A stretch of DNA of 64,000 bases from an uncultured candidatus Brocadiaceae bacterium (lineage in GTDB: Bacteria; Planctomycetota; UBA1135; UBA2386), in assembly GCA_964538915.1 (NCBI GenBank), contig CAZIFB010000009.1, positions 51,506 to 115,505 on the forward strand, read 5' to 3'. Shown piece after piece: positions 26,268 through 36,692 of the stretch. Both the position numbers and the translations under genes were made by a program. Numbering within the stretch: position 1 is the stretch's first letter; every line of letters starts with the position of its first letter. The notes beneath the pieces are model-generated. The model was given only the letters and a program-made list of their open reading frames with translations, was not told the origin of the DNA and searched no databases.

Positions 26268-27748
26268 AGGAACAGCTGCACCGGCCAGGCTTCGGCGATC
26301 TCGCTCAGCGACCCGTCGGCCGCGAACCAGCGAGCCGTCACGTCGAATCCCGTGAGCGAGATGCCGATCGGCACCGCCAGCGAGAACGTCTGCGGGTCGC
26401 CGACGAGCGGCGACGCCGTGTTGCGCAGGAAGATCGGGCTGAAGAGGTTGAGGTCGAGCGCGGGTCCGAACGTGAGGAACATCGCGGCGAAGCCGGGCCC
26501 GACGCCAGTCGACGGCGGCCACCCGATCATCCACGAGTCGTACCAGGTCGCTCCCGCTTCGCGGCGGCGGAACGCCGAGGCGTGGATCGCCGGCGGGCCG
26601 AGCAGGCCCTGTCGCGGCGTGCCGCACGACCAGCCGAAGTCGTCGCCCGCGGGCGGCGGAGAACCGATCGAGCCGATCGTCGGATCGAGCGTGCACACCG
26701 CGTCGACGTCGTCGTTCTGCGCCTTGCCGATCGACTGGCTGACCTTCGTCGTGCCGTCGGGCAGCGTCGCTTCCTTCGGAACGGGGATGCCGTCGGTGGA
26801 GAGGTCGTGCACGAGGAACTGATCGCGGGTCGTGCCGACCATCGAATACAGCATCTTCTGCCGCACGATGTCGACCGCGAGTGCGTCGATGTCCTCGTCG
26901 CGCGCGAGGCCCATCGCCCAGTACGGACGGAAGACGTGCGGCGGCGTCCAGGACCCCAGCGGCGTGCTGCGGAGCACGCGGTAGATCGTCGCTCCGCTGG
27001 AGAGCGTGGTCGACGGGCCGTAGAGCTGCCAGGAGACCGGGACGAGATCGCGAGTCGCGTGCGACACGGTGAAGTAGATCGCCTGCGGATCGGCGATCAG
27101 TGCGCCGAAGTTCGGTTCGACCGTCCCGAGCGCCGCCTGGTCGAGACCCAGCACCAGCGGCACGTCGAGCCCGTCCACTTCGTTGGTGCCGATCGGCAGT
27201 CCGAGTTCGGCGCGAGAGTGCGAACGTTCGACGACGCCCACGAGCTGCGGCGGCACGCTGCTGCCCGGGAAGATCCACGAGAACAGCGTCGTGCCGATGT
27301 CGCCGAGCGCCGCCTGTTGCGCGATGCGCGAAGGGCCTTGCGAGCCAGAGCCGGCGACGCCGGTTGCCCCCACACGCATCGAGAACGACATGACGGCCCA
27401 CGAACTCGCTTCGACCGCCATCACGCCGTTGCCGTCGAACAACACGTCGTCGCGGCCGGTGCTGATGTCGTCGACGTCGAGCCCCGGCGGCGCACCGTTG
27501 GCGGCGAGTATGGCCGCGAGATCCGGCGCGTTCGGGGCGGCCGGGAACGCGATCGTCGGCGCGAGCGAGAAACCGTTCCGGTGGACGCGGGTCGCCGCGT
27601 CCGTGCCCGGCGAAACGCCGCCGTCGACGAGGATCGCCGCCGGTGCGCCTGCGAGGACTCCGCGGCTCCCGATCTGCGCGGCGACGGTGCCGGTCAGCAT
27701 GGGCAGCAAGAGCACCACGGAGGTGCGACGGACGGGAAGGCATCGCAT
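26264..27748 (-). CDS. Secreted hypothetical protein (beta-rich repeats plus C-terminal accessory module)
   Basis: Signal ending VAAQ; repeated acidic D.D(A/G)(L/V) motifs (DVDDIS, EVDGLD, DIDALA, DVDAVC); start reassigned from the 1163-aa shadow ORF. Confidence 0.7.
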   Translation of the reverse strand: MRCLPVRRTSVVLLLPMLTGTVAAQIGSRGVLAGAPAAILVDGGVSPGTDAATRVHRNGFSLAPTIAFPAAPNAPDLAAILAANGAPPGLDVDDISTGRDDVLFDGNGVMAVEASSWAVMSFSMRVGATGVAGSGSQGPSRIAQQAALGDIGTTLFSWIFPGSSVPPQLVGVVERSHSRAELGLPIGTNEVDGLDVPLVLGLDQAALGTVEPNFGALIADPQAIYFTVSHATRDLVPVSWQLYGPSTTLSSGATIYRVLRSTPLGSWTPPHVFRPYWAMGLARDEDIDALAVDIVRQKMLYSMVGTTRDQFLVHDLSTDGIPVPKEATLPDGTTKVSQSIGKAQNDDVDAVCTLDPTIGSIGSPPPAGDDFGWSCGTPRQGLLGPPAIHASAFRRREAGATWYDSWMIGWPPSTGVGPGFAAMFLTFGPALDLNLFSPIFLRNTASPLVGDPQTFSLAVPIGISLTGFDVTARWFAADGSLSEIAEAWPVQLFL

Positions 27749-27804
27749 GGCAACGGAGCAGCGTAGCGGGCCCGTCGGATCCAAGGTGGAAAGGGCTGGC
27801 CGTA

Positions 27805-30348
27805 TCAGCGAAACGGGCGCAGCCCCGCGTCGATCTCCCGCTGCAACCGCGCCTTCAGCTCCTCGTCCCCGAGTGCCCGCTGGATGGCGACCCGGCGGAG
27901 CACCGCGCTGACCCATGCCGTTGCCCGCTCGTCGAGTCCGGTGGGCGGCAACAGGTAGGCGAGGTTCGCCAGCTGGTACGCGTCGTCGGGTTCTTCCAGC
28001 AGCGTGGCCGCGAAGGGTCCGATCGCCGCCAGCTTGTCCGACGACGTGAGCGCGAATGCGATTGCACGCCGTTGTCGACCGAGCACCGAGTTGCGGGCGC
28101 GCAAGGCCTCGTCGTACGCCGCGACCGCGCGGACCGCGGCTTCGCGCGAACGCTCGGGGTTCGTCTCCACCAGCGCCATCGCTTCGTCGAGCGCGATGCT
28201 GCCGACGAGGTCGGGCTGCATCCACTCTTCGCCGCGATGACCCGTCTTCGCGAGACCGTTCGCGATCTCGAGTGCTTTGGCGAGGTCGCCGCGCCGCTGC
28301 GCCAGTCGGGCGAGGCCCTGCTGCGTGTTCCACGCGAACGGCCGCAGGCGAAGGGCCTCCCGAAAGTGCCGCTCGGCGTCGTCGAGGCGGCCGAGATTCA
28401 GGAACGAGACGCCGAGGTTCTGGTGCGGCCCGTGGCGCTCGGGTCGGAGTTCGAGCGATCGCTCCAGTTCGGGAACGGCCTGCGCGTAGCGTTTCTGCAG
28501 GATCAGCGCGAGGCCGCGCAGCGCGCACGTGCGGGCCGTGGGCCGGCCGTAGATCGTCTCCAACGCGATCGTCTCGTCGTGCAGACGCTGCTGGACTTCC
28601 GGGCGACCGCCCGCGAGTTCTGCCCACGCGAGCAACCGCAGATCGCGGGCCGGCAAGTACGAGTCCGCCGCGCGGCTCAGCAGCTGTTCGGCACGCGTCG
28701 CGAAGCCCTTCACGTGCCGCGCTCGCAGTTCGTGGAAGCCGGCGACGTAGCAATCCTCCGGCGTCACCGGCGCCGGCAGACCGCTCGTGTCCACCGCCAT
28801 CGCGCCCGTGCGATCGGGGAGGAGACGGAGATACCGGTCGGCAAGTGCGCGCAGGTATTCGCTCCGGCCGTCCGCTGCGATCGTGTGCAGATCGTCCGCC
28901 GCGCCGTCGCGGTCGCCGAGGTCGAGACGAAGGCACGCGCGCCAGAGTCGTACGGGCAGGTCGGACTCGTCCAGTGCGAGGATGTCGTCGAGGAGCCGGA
29001 TCGCGTTGCGGTGCTCCTCGTGCAACGCCGCGAGCACGCGCTCGTCCGGCCATCCCTCGATCGCGAGCACGGAAGGCAGCGTCGCGTAGAGCCGCTGCTT
29101 CTCTGCGGCGGTCTGTTCGCTCCGCTGTCGCAGCAGGACGGGGCCGGCGATGGCGACGGTCGCGATGGCGAGAACGAGTGCGGCGACGGCGACGAGGCGT
29201 GCAGGCGTCCGGCGCCATTGGCGCCATCGGCGCTCGAAGGCTCCGATCGGCCGGGCCTGCACGGGCTGGTGGGCGAGGAAGCGATCGAGGTCCGCCGCCA
29301 GCTCGCTGGCCGTCGGATAACGCGAGGACGGATCGCGTTCGAGGCAGCGCTCGACGATCGCCCGCAGGTCGCGCGGCAACGTGGGGGCCGTCGTCGCGAG
29401 CGGCGTGGGTTCCTGGGTCGGCAGCGCCGCGATGACCGTCGCAGCGTCGCCCTCGTACGGCGGGCGTCCGGCGAGCAGGTGGTACATCGTCGCGCCGAGG
29501 CCATAGACGTCGAGCGTGGGTGACGCGGTGCCCGAACTCCCCGCTCGCACCTGCTCCGGCGGCATGTACCACGGTGTTCCGAGCGTCGTCTGGGTCGCGG
29601 TCAGGCGTTCGTCGTTCGCGCGCGACGCGATGCCGAAGTCGAGCAGCACCGGTCGATCGTCGCTCGTCACGAAGATGTTCGAGGGCTTCACGTCGCGATG
29701 CACCAGATCGCGGTCGTGAGCGGCGGCGAGGCCGCGTGCGACGTCGCGAGCCCAACGTGCGACCACGCGGGTCCAGGGCATCTCGTTCGTTCGGATGCCG
29801 AGCGTCGTCAGCGCCGTGTCCGGGTCCGAACCCGCCGCAGCCTCGAGGATCGTCGCGAGCGTCGCTCCCGCGAGCAGTTCGAGGACGACGAAGTGGATGC
29901 CCTCGGTGGTGCGGCCGCGGTCGAACACCGCGACGACGTTGCGGTGCTGGAGCGCAGCCAGTGCTTCGCCTTCGCGGCGGAAGCGCTGCTCGGCCTGCTC
30001 GTCACGGAACAGCCGCGCATCGAGGATCTTCACCGCCACGTCGCGCTGCAGTTCCTGGTCGCTCGCGCGGTACACGACGCCCATCGCGCCGCGGCCGAGG
30101 CAGGCGAGCAGCCGGTAGCGGCCGGCGAGCAGCAGCCCCGCCAGCGGATCCTCGCGAAGCGCTTCACCCTGAAGGAGCGGCAGCTCGGCGGCCAGACCCA
30201 GGACCTCCGCGAGTGGACGCGCGAGGTGCGGGTGGTCGCGGCACAACGCCGCCGGATCCACGGCCTCGCCGGCGTCCATCTTCGCGAGCGCCTGCCGCAC
30301 GTAGGCGACGAGGCGTTCCTGGTTCTCCGGATCGCGGGCGATGGTCAC
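27805..30348 (-). CDS. Membrane Ser/Thr protein kinase with TPR repeats
   Basis: GRGAMG, VAVK, HRDVKPSN, DFG, GTPWYMPPEQ; TM helix; TPR-like PELERSLELRP...HQNLG..A..HFREALRLRP. Confidence 0.9.
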   Translation of the reverse strand: MTIARDPENQERLVAYVRQALAKMDAGEAVDPAALCRDHPHLARPLAEVLGLAAELPLLQGEALREDPLAGLLLAGRYRLLACLGRGAMGVVYRASDQELQRDVAVKILDARLFRDEQAEQRFRREGEALAALQHRNVVAVFDRGRTTEGIHFVVLELLAGATLATILEAAAGSDPDTALTTLGIRTNEMPWTRVVARWARDVARGLAAAHDRDLVHRDVKPSNIFVTSDDRPVLLDFGIASRANDERLTATQTTLGTPWYMPPEQVRAGSSGTASPTLDVYGLGATMYHLLAGRPPYEGDAATVIAALPTQEPTPLATTAPTLPRDLRAIVERCLERDPSSRYPTASELAADLDRFLAHQPVQARPIGAFERRWRQWRRTPARLVAVAALVLAIATVAIAGPVLLRQRSEQTAAEKQRLYATLPSVLAIEGWPDERVLAALHEEHRNAIRLLDDILALDESDLPVRLWRACLRLDLGDRDGAADDLHTIAADGRSEYLRALADRYLRLLPDRTGAMAVDTSGLPAPVTPEDCYVAGFHELRARHVKGFATRAEQLLSRAADSYLPARDLRLLAWAELAGGRPEVQQRLHDETIALETIYGRPTARTCALRGLALILQKRYAQAVPELERSLELRPERHGPHQNLGVSFLNLGRLDDAERHFREALRLRPFAWNTQQGLARLAQRRGDLAKALEIANGLAKTGHRGEEWMQPDLVGSIALDEAMALVETNPERSREAAVRAVAAYDEALRARNSVLGRQRRAIAFALTSSDKLAAIGPFAATLLEEPDDAYQLANLAYLLPPTGLDERATAWVSAVLRRVAIQRALGDEELKARLQREIDAGLRPFR

Positions 30349-30378
30349 GGTGGGCGGATGGTAGCCCGCCCCGCGCCG

Positions 30379-33097
30379 TCACTGCGTGAGCTGCTTGCTG
30401 AACTCGACGACCTTGGGCCCGATCTCCTTCGGATCGAGGCCGAACGCGGTCTTGAAGTCGAGCTTGTCGATGGCGCCAGTGTAGAACGCGACGACGTAGT
30501 CGAGCAGCGCGCGGCGGTAGCGGCCGTTCTCGGTCTCGTACAGGTACCGCGCGAGCATGGCGGACTGTGCATAGAAGAGGGAGAGGCGACGTGCGCGATA
30601 GCCGGCTCCGAGGTGCATCGTGCTGGCGATGGTCGACTCGGTGGTCGCCTGCGTCATGCGGCCGAACTCGAGGCGCGACATCTTGCAGAGTCGTTCCCAC
30701 GCGATCAGCTGACGCGGAGCGGCCGACGCGACGAGGTCGGCGTCCTCGAGGTCGCCCTTGCCGAGCGTGGCTCGGCGGTTCACCAGGTCGAAGTCGAACT
30801 GTCCGATCAGGCTCGCGAAGCCCTCGACGATCCAGAACGCCCTGGGGCCGAGCATCACCGCCGCGGTGTCGGGGGCGGAACGCGGGGCACCGGTCCATCA
30901 GCCAGTGATGCGTCAGTTCGTGGGCGAGGGTCGGCAGCACGGACGCGAACCCGGCGTCGTCGGCCGGGACGTACAGGCGCGACTTGGGCACGACTTCGTT
31001 GAGCGCGCTGCCGTAGTAACCCGCCGCCCACTCGGCGATGTCCATGCCGAGCTTCATCGATTCGGCGACGTACTCGTCGCGATCGGGGTACAGGAACACG
31101 AGCATCGGGCGCGGATCCTCGCGAACGCGCGGCACGTCGGCGAACATCGCTTCGAGCGTGTCGCACACGGTCTCTCCGGTCGCGATGGCCTTGGCGATGC
31201 TGCCGGGGCGCGAGATGGGCGTGAACAACAGCGTGCGTCCGCCGAGCAACGCCTGGAGATCGGGGCGCCAGCGGTGCCGCCACTCGAGCAGCTGCTGCTT
31301 GTTCTGCGCGGTGATCGGATCGAGATCGCCGGCGCCGAAGTCGTCGGCCTTCGCCTCGAAGAAGACCACCTTCGTCCGCGACGTCGCATCGAGGAAGTCG
31401 AGCCAGTCGGCCGGGAGGAACGGCTCCGCCACCGGCATGTCCTTGGGGATCAGCGCGCGCACCGAAGCACCCGCGGCGCTGTGCGACGGCGCGCGCGCGA
31501 GCAGCCATCGGAGTCCCTGACGAACGGCTTCCGGCGTCCGCGACGTCCAGCCTGCGATCGTGCCGTGCAGGTCGTCCAGTGTGCCCGACGCGACGCCGTC
31601 GGCGGTGGCACGAACGGCCTTGGCCTTTCCTTCGTTCGGCTTCTGCTTGCTGTCCCTGCTGCGTACGACCAGGTCCTTCTCCTTCCTGGTCGCCCATGCC
31701 TCGTCGGCGCCGAAGCCGCGTGCGCGCGCCAACAGGTCGTCGGCGAGGTCCCAGTCCGCAGCTGCCGCCGCGTCGTCGACGAGCGGGCGCACTTTCGCCT
31801 CTTGCGCGGCGAGCCACGCCGTGTCGAGCTCGGCGCCGATCGGGTCCTCCGGCACGTCGGCGCGGAGGGCGAAGACCTCGTCGCTGCTCGCCAGCAGGAT
31901 CCCGTTGCGTGTCGGAATCGCTCGTGCGATCGGCAGGTCGCGACCATCGACCTTCTCCATGCGCCACAACATGCGGAACTCGCCGGTGTCGATCGCCGTG
32001 GCGCCGAGATAGACCGCCCCCGCGACCATCGTCGGCGGGGCCGCCGCGATGCGACGATGGAGGTCGCACGTGTCGAGGCGGACACCGGTCTTGCCGTCCG
32101 GTTCGATCGACATCAGCGCCGTTGCCTTCTTCGCCACCACGGCTCCCAGCTGGCGGGTGGGGTCCAGGCCGTGCGCCGTCGGGATCTCGAAGAGGCCGGG
32201 CACCCCGTCGCGCAGCGGCAGGTCGACCTGGAGTGCGTTGACCACGACGTCCCCGAGCATCTTGACCTGGGCCCCCTGCCCGCCACCGAAGCGCACGATG
32301 CCGCGGTTGCCGGCGAGCTGCACGCGGGTCTCTTCGCCGGGGTTCTTCGTGAGAGGGACGGCTCCGGTCGAGGATGCGACGGTGCCGGTGTCGCGCTCGA
32401 GAGCCGTGAGTGCGAAGTCGTCGCCGACCTTCTGTAGCGCGAAGACGTGGTTGTCCAGCAGCGACAGCGGACCGGAGAACACGCCCGATTTGCTTCGCCA
32501 CAGCACGCGGAAGTCGGCCACGCGCATGCACACGACCTGCCCGGCCACGACGGTCCACATCTTGGTCCCGAGGCGAAGGGGCGCGCCGACTCCCTTGGTC
32601 GTGGGGGTGCGCGCTAGGAAGTCCACTCTCTTCGCATTGATGCGCAGCGTCTCGAGGCCGTCCGGCCCCGAACGCCAGAGGATCTCGTTGCCCCAGAGCG
32701 ATGGACTCGGATCCGCCGCCGACTCCATCACACGCGGCGCCCCGACGAGCTTTCCGTCGACGAGTCGGCGAACTTCGATCGCGCGCTTCTTCTCGTTGAC
32801 ACGCACCGCGAGCACCACGTGTTCGTCCCAGACGAGCGGTTCTCCGACGATCGTGCCGCCGACCTTCTGCGACCACGCGAGGCGCGGGCGACGCAGCAAC
32901 GGCGCCGCCGCCGACCACCCGTTCCGAGCCGTGTTCCCGCCTTCGACGTACCACCGGCCCGCGGCCGTGCACTCCCCGTCGCGCGGAGCGACCGCCTTCG
33001 GCCTCGGCTTCTCCTTCGCCGGGGCGGCTGGCGGCGCCTGGCCAGGGAGATGAAGGGCCAAGGCGAGAACGAGCAGTCCTGCGTGTCCCGTGCGCAT
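30379..33097 (-). pseudogene. Secreted PQQ-like beta-propeller plus gluzincin metallopeptidase, split by a 1-nt frameshift (real or sequencing error)
   Basis: Signal ending LPGQ; GGNTARNG..A..P propeller start; AHELTHHWL in one frame and FWIVEGFA in the next; removing one G from GGGGG at 30871-30875 gives continuous FRPDTAAVMLGPRAFWIVEG. Confidence 0.8.
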
Positions 33098-33345
33098 GCG
33101 CCGGATGCTAGTGCGCACTCGCGCCGAATCCGCCGTCGCGTCCGCACGCGGGCACCGCGTGCGGCCGTAGGTCTTCGTGCGCAGGCGGAGCGCGGCCGCG
33201 TGTCAGCCTGACAGGCGGGTCGCGGCGGACCTGACAGCTGCGCGGACCCCGGCGCCGGGGCACCCCCGTGCCGCCGGGGTCCGGCGATCGGTACACCTTG
33301 TGCTTTCGGCGCGGCCCCGGACGCGGCGTCCGGAGGAGGAACCGC

Positions 33346-35967
33346 ATGGACACCCAGAAGCTCACGCAGAAGTCGCAGGAAGCGCTGCAGCTCGCCCAGA
33401 GCAAGGCGGTCGCGTTCGGCCACCAGCAGGTCGACACGAAGCATCTGCTGCTCGCCCTGGTGGAACCGGGCGACGGGCTGGTCGTGCGGCTGCTCCAGCG
33501 GATGGACGTGCCCGCCGACGCGCTCCAGAAGGCGATCGAGGGCGAACTGCAGAAGCAGCCCAAGGTGTCCGGTCCAGGCTTCTCCGCCGACAAGATCTAC
33601 CTCACGCAGGAACTCGCGCAGGTCCTGACCGCCGCCGAGCAGCAGGCCGCGAAGATGCGCGACGAGTACGTGTCCGTCGAGCACCTCTTCCTCGCGATCC
33701 TCCAGGGAAGCAAGAACGGGGTCCGCGACCTGTTCCGCAGGTTCGCGATCGACGAGAGCCGCTTCCTCAACGCACTCAAGGAAGTGCGCGGCAACCAGCG
33801 CGTGCAGAGCGCCAATCCCGAGGCCACGTACGAGGCACTCGAACGCTACGGCCGCGACCTCGTCCAGATGACGAAGGCGGGCAAGATGGACCCGGTGATC
33901 GGCCGCGACGACGAGATCCGGCGCGTGATCCGCATCCTGTCGCGCAAGACCAAGAACAACCCGGTGCTGATCGGTGAGCCCGGCGTCGGCAAGACCGCGA
34001 TCGCCGAGGGCCTGGCGCAGCGCATCGTGCGCGGCGACGTGCCGGAAGGCTTGAAGGACAAGACGGTGTTCGCTCTCGACATGGGCAGCCTCGTCGCCGG
34101 CGCGAAGTACCGCGGCGAGTTCGAGGAGCGTTTGAAGGCCGTTCTCACGGAGGTCAAGAACAGCGAGGGCCGCATCCTGCTGTTCATCGACGAGCTGCAC
34201 ACGATCGTCGGCGCCGGCAAGGCCGAAGGCGCGATGGATGCCGGCAACATGTTGAAGCCGATGCTCGCGCGCGGCGAGCTGCACTGCATCGGGGCCACGA
34301 CGCTCGACGAGTACCGCAAGTACATCGAGAAGGACGCGGCGCTCGAGCGGCGCTTCCAGCCCGTCGTCGTCGACCAGCCGAGCGTCGAGGACACCATCTC
34401 GATCCTGCGCGGCCTGCGCGAGCGCTTCGAAGTGCACCACGGCGTCAAGATCCAGGACCAGGCGCTCGTCAACGCCGCGTCGTTGTCGCACCGCTACATC
34501 ACGGACCGTTTCCTCCCCGACAAGGCGATCGATCTCGTCGACGAAGCGTGTGCGATGATCCGCACCGAGATCGACTCGCTGCCGACGGAACTCGACACCG
34601 TGAGCCGCCGGGTGATGCAGCTCGAGATCGAGGAGACCGCGCTCGCCAAGGAGAAGGACGCGGCGAGCAAGGCGCGTCTGCACGAACTCAAGAAGGAGAT
34701 GCAGGAGCTGCGGGGCAAGGCCGACGCGATGCGGGCCCAGTACGAGGCCGAGAAGAAGGCGATCGGCAACGTGCGTTCGCTCCGCGAGAAGCTCGAAGCG
34801 CTGCGGCGCGACCAGCAGGAGGCCGAGCGTCGCTACGACATGAACAAGGCGGCCGAGCTGAAGTACGGCGCGATCCCGGACGCCGAGAAGGCGCTCGCCG
34901 CGGAAGAGGCCCGCATGGCGAAGGGCGGCGGCGATCGCCTGCTGCGCGAAGAAGTCACCGCCGACGAGATCGCGCAGATCGTCGCGCGCTGGACCGGCAT
35001 CCCGGTCACGCGGCTGATCGAAGGCGAACGTGAGAAGCTGCTGAAGCTCGACCAGATCCTGCACGAACGCGTCGTCGGCCAGGACGAAGCCGTGCAGGTC
35101 GTCGCCGATGCGGTGATCCGCGCGCGTTCGGGCATCAAGGATCCCAAGCGCCCGATCGGCAGCTTCTTGTTCCTCGGCCCGACCGGCGTCGGCAAGACCG
35201 AACTCGCGAAGACGCTCGCGGAGGCGCTGTTCGACAGCGAGGACAACCTCGTGCGCATCGACATGTCCGAGTACATGGAGAAGCACGCGGTGTCGCGGCT
35301 CATCGGCGCGCCGCCGGGCTACGTCGGCTACGACGAAGGCGGGCAGCTCACCGAGGCCGTGCGGCGGAAGCCGTACTCGGTCGTGCTGTTCGACGAGATC
35401 GAGAAGGCACACCCCGACGTCTTCCACGTGCTGCTGCAGATCCTCGACGACGGTCGCGCCACCGACAGTCAGGGCCGCACGGTCGACTTCAAGAACACTG
35501 TCATCATCATGACGTCGAACATCGGCGCACCGCTGCTGCTCGAAGGCATCACGAAGGACGGCACGATCCGCGAGTCCGCGCGCGACCAGGTGATGGCCGA
35601 ACTGCGCCGGCACTTCCGCCCCGAACTGCTGAACCGCATCGACGACATCGTGCTGTTCAAGCCGCTCCAGGCCGCCGAGATCCGCCGCATCGTCGACCTG
35701 CTGCTCGTGTCCCTGCGAGCGCGCCTCGCCGAACGCCGCATCACCATCGAGGTCACCGACGACGCGAAGACGTTCCTCGGCAACCAGGGTTACGACCCGG
35801 TCTACGGAGCGCGGCCGCTGAAGCGCTACCTGCAACGCGAACTCGAGACGCGCATCGGCCGAAAGCTGATCGCCGGCGAGATCGCCGACGGCAGCGTCGT
35901 GCACGTCGACGTGAAGAACGGCGCGCTCGTCATCGAGGCCCGCGCGGGCGAGGCCGCGGCGCGGTGA
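33346..35967 (+). CDS. clpB: ATP-dependent chaperone ClpB
   Basis: Clp N-domain, [20 protein letters not shown], coiled-coil M domain, [43 protein letters not shown]; GGAGGAGG SD. Confidence 0.97.
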   Translation: MDTQKLTQKSQEALQLAQSKAVAFGHQQVDTKHLLLALVEPGDGLVVRLLQRMDVPADALQKAIEGELQKQPKVSGPGFSADKIYLTQELAQVLTAAEQQAAKMRDEYVSVEHLFLAILQGSKNGVRDLFRRFAIDESRFLNALKEVRGNQRVQSANPEATYEALERYGRDLVQMTKAGKMDPVIGRDDEIRRVIRILSRKTKNNPVLIGEPGVGKTAIAEGLAQRIVRGDVPEGLKDKTVFALDMGSLVAGAKYRGEFEERLKAVLTEVKNSEGRILLFIDELHTIVGAGKAEGAMDAGNMLKPMLARGELHCIGATTLDEYRKYIEKDAALERRFQPVVVDQPSVEDTISILRGLRERFEVHHGVKIQDQALVNAASLSHRYITDRFLPDKAIDLVDEACAMIRTEIDSLPTELDTVSRRVMQLEIEETALAKEKDAASKARLHELKKEMQELRGKADAMRAQYEAEKKAIGNVRSLREKLEALRRDQQEAERRYDMNKAAELKYGAIPDAEKALAAEEARMAKGGGDRLLREEVTADEIAQIVARWTGIPVTRLIEGEREKLLKLDQILHERVVGQDEAVQVVADAVIRARSGIKDPKRPIGSFLFLGPTGVGKTELAKTLAEALFDSEDNLVRIDMSEYMEKHAVSRLIGAPPGYVGYDEGGQLTEAVRRKPYSVVLFDEIEKAHPDVFHVLLQILDDGRATDSQGRTVDFKNTVIIMTSNIGAPLLLEGITKDGTIRESARDQVMAELRRHFRPELLNRIDDIVLFKPLQAAEIRRIVDLLLVSLRARLAERRITIEVTDDAKTFLGNQGYDPVYGARPLKRYLQRELETRIGRKLIAGEIADGSVVHVDVKNGALVIEARAGEAAAR

Positions 35968-36103
35968 TCCGCGGCGCGAGGAGGATCGCTCGGCGTTGGC
36001 ATGGCGGCCGGTGCAGGGGCACCGATCGGAGCGCTCATGCCGTCGGCCCACCCACTTCAGCCGCGAACGGACGACACGTCGATCGCTCACCGTGCCATCG
36101 CCG

Positions 36104-36640
36104 TCACCCTTCACCCGCGTCTCTCATCCCCGGTCCGGACGTTCGGGGCAGACGCTCTTTGCGCAGAACCTCGTTGAGCCCCTCGGCGGCCGAGTAGTCC
36201 GTGGGCAGGTAGCGCTCCTCGGCAAGCCGCCATAGCAGTGCGTCCAAGCTGAGCGCGATCGGTTGCAGGTGACGCCGCGGATCCACTTCCGGATCTCCCC
36301 AGAACACCTCGTGACTCACGTAGGCCGGGCGTGCGGTCCGCGTGGTCAAGTCCAGCACCAGCAGGTCACCGTTCGCAGCCGCGCTGCCCACCAGCAGGAG
36401 TCGGTGCGCGAGCAATCGTTCTGCATCGTCTCCCCCCGCCGCCATCTCCCTCGAGCAGGTGAGGCGGAGCGGACCGATCTCCGCCGACTCCTGTACCCAG
36501 CTGCTCGCGAGGAAGGTCACCAGTGAGTCGTCGAGGTTCAGCGTGTCCAGCCAGCGCTGCACCTCGGTAGGTGCGTCGCCGACCTCGAGCCCCCGGAGGG
36601 CGAGATGGCACATCACATCCGCGCAGAAGTCGCTGTTCAT
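36104..36640 (-). CDS. SMI1/KNR4 (SUKH superfamily)-like protein
   Basis: LLVGSAAANGDLLVLD......PAYVSHE matches the SUKH core (G...GD..vlD...v....HE). Confidence 0.6.
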   Translation of the reverse strand: MNSDFCADVMCHLALRGLEVGDAPTEVQRWLDTLNLDDSLVTFLASSWVQESAEIGPLRLTCSREMAAGGDDAERLLAHRLLLVGSAAANGDLLVLDLTTRTARPAYVSHEVFWGDPEVDPRRHLQPIALSLDALLWRLAEERYLPTDYSAAEGLNEVLRKERLPRTSGPGMRDAGEG

Positions 36641-36692
36641 CCGGGCGCGGAGGCTGCCACGAGCTCAGCCGCGCCGACCGCGGGCGGGCGGA

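Noticed and set aside
26264-29755. Apparent 1163-aa protein, and similar apparent N-terminal fusions on ruvC, purB, ispD, ispF, the cysteine synthase and the sigma at 25626
   Set aside because: The upstream parts are shadow frames of neighbouring genes; real starts are supported by signal peptides, stop/start overlaps or -10/SD signals
33121-33345. CIRCE (HrcA) or HAIR (HspR) operator upstream of clpB
   Set aside because: Neither TTAGCACTC-N9-GAGTGCTAA nor CTTGAGT-N7-ACTCAAG is present
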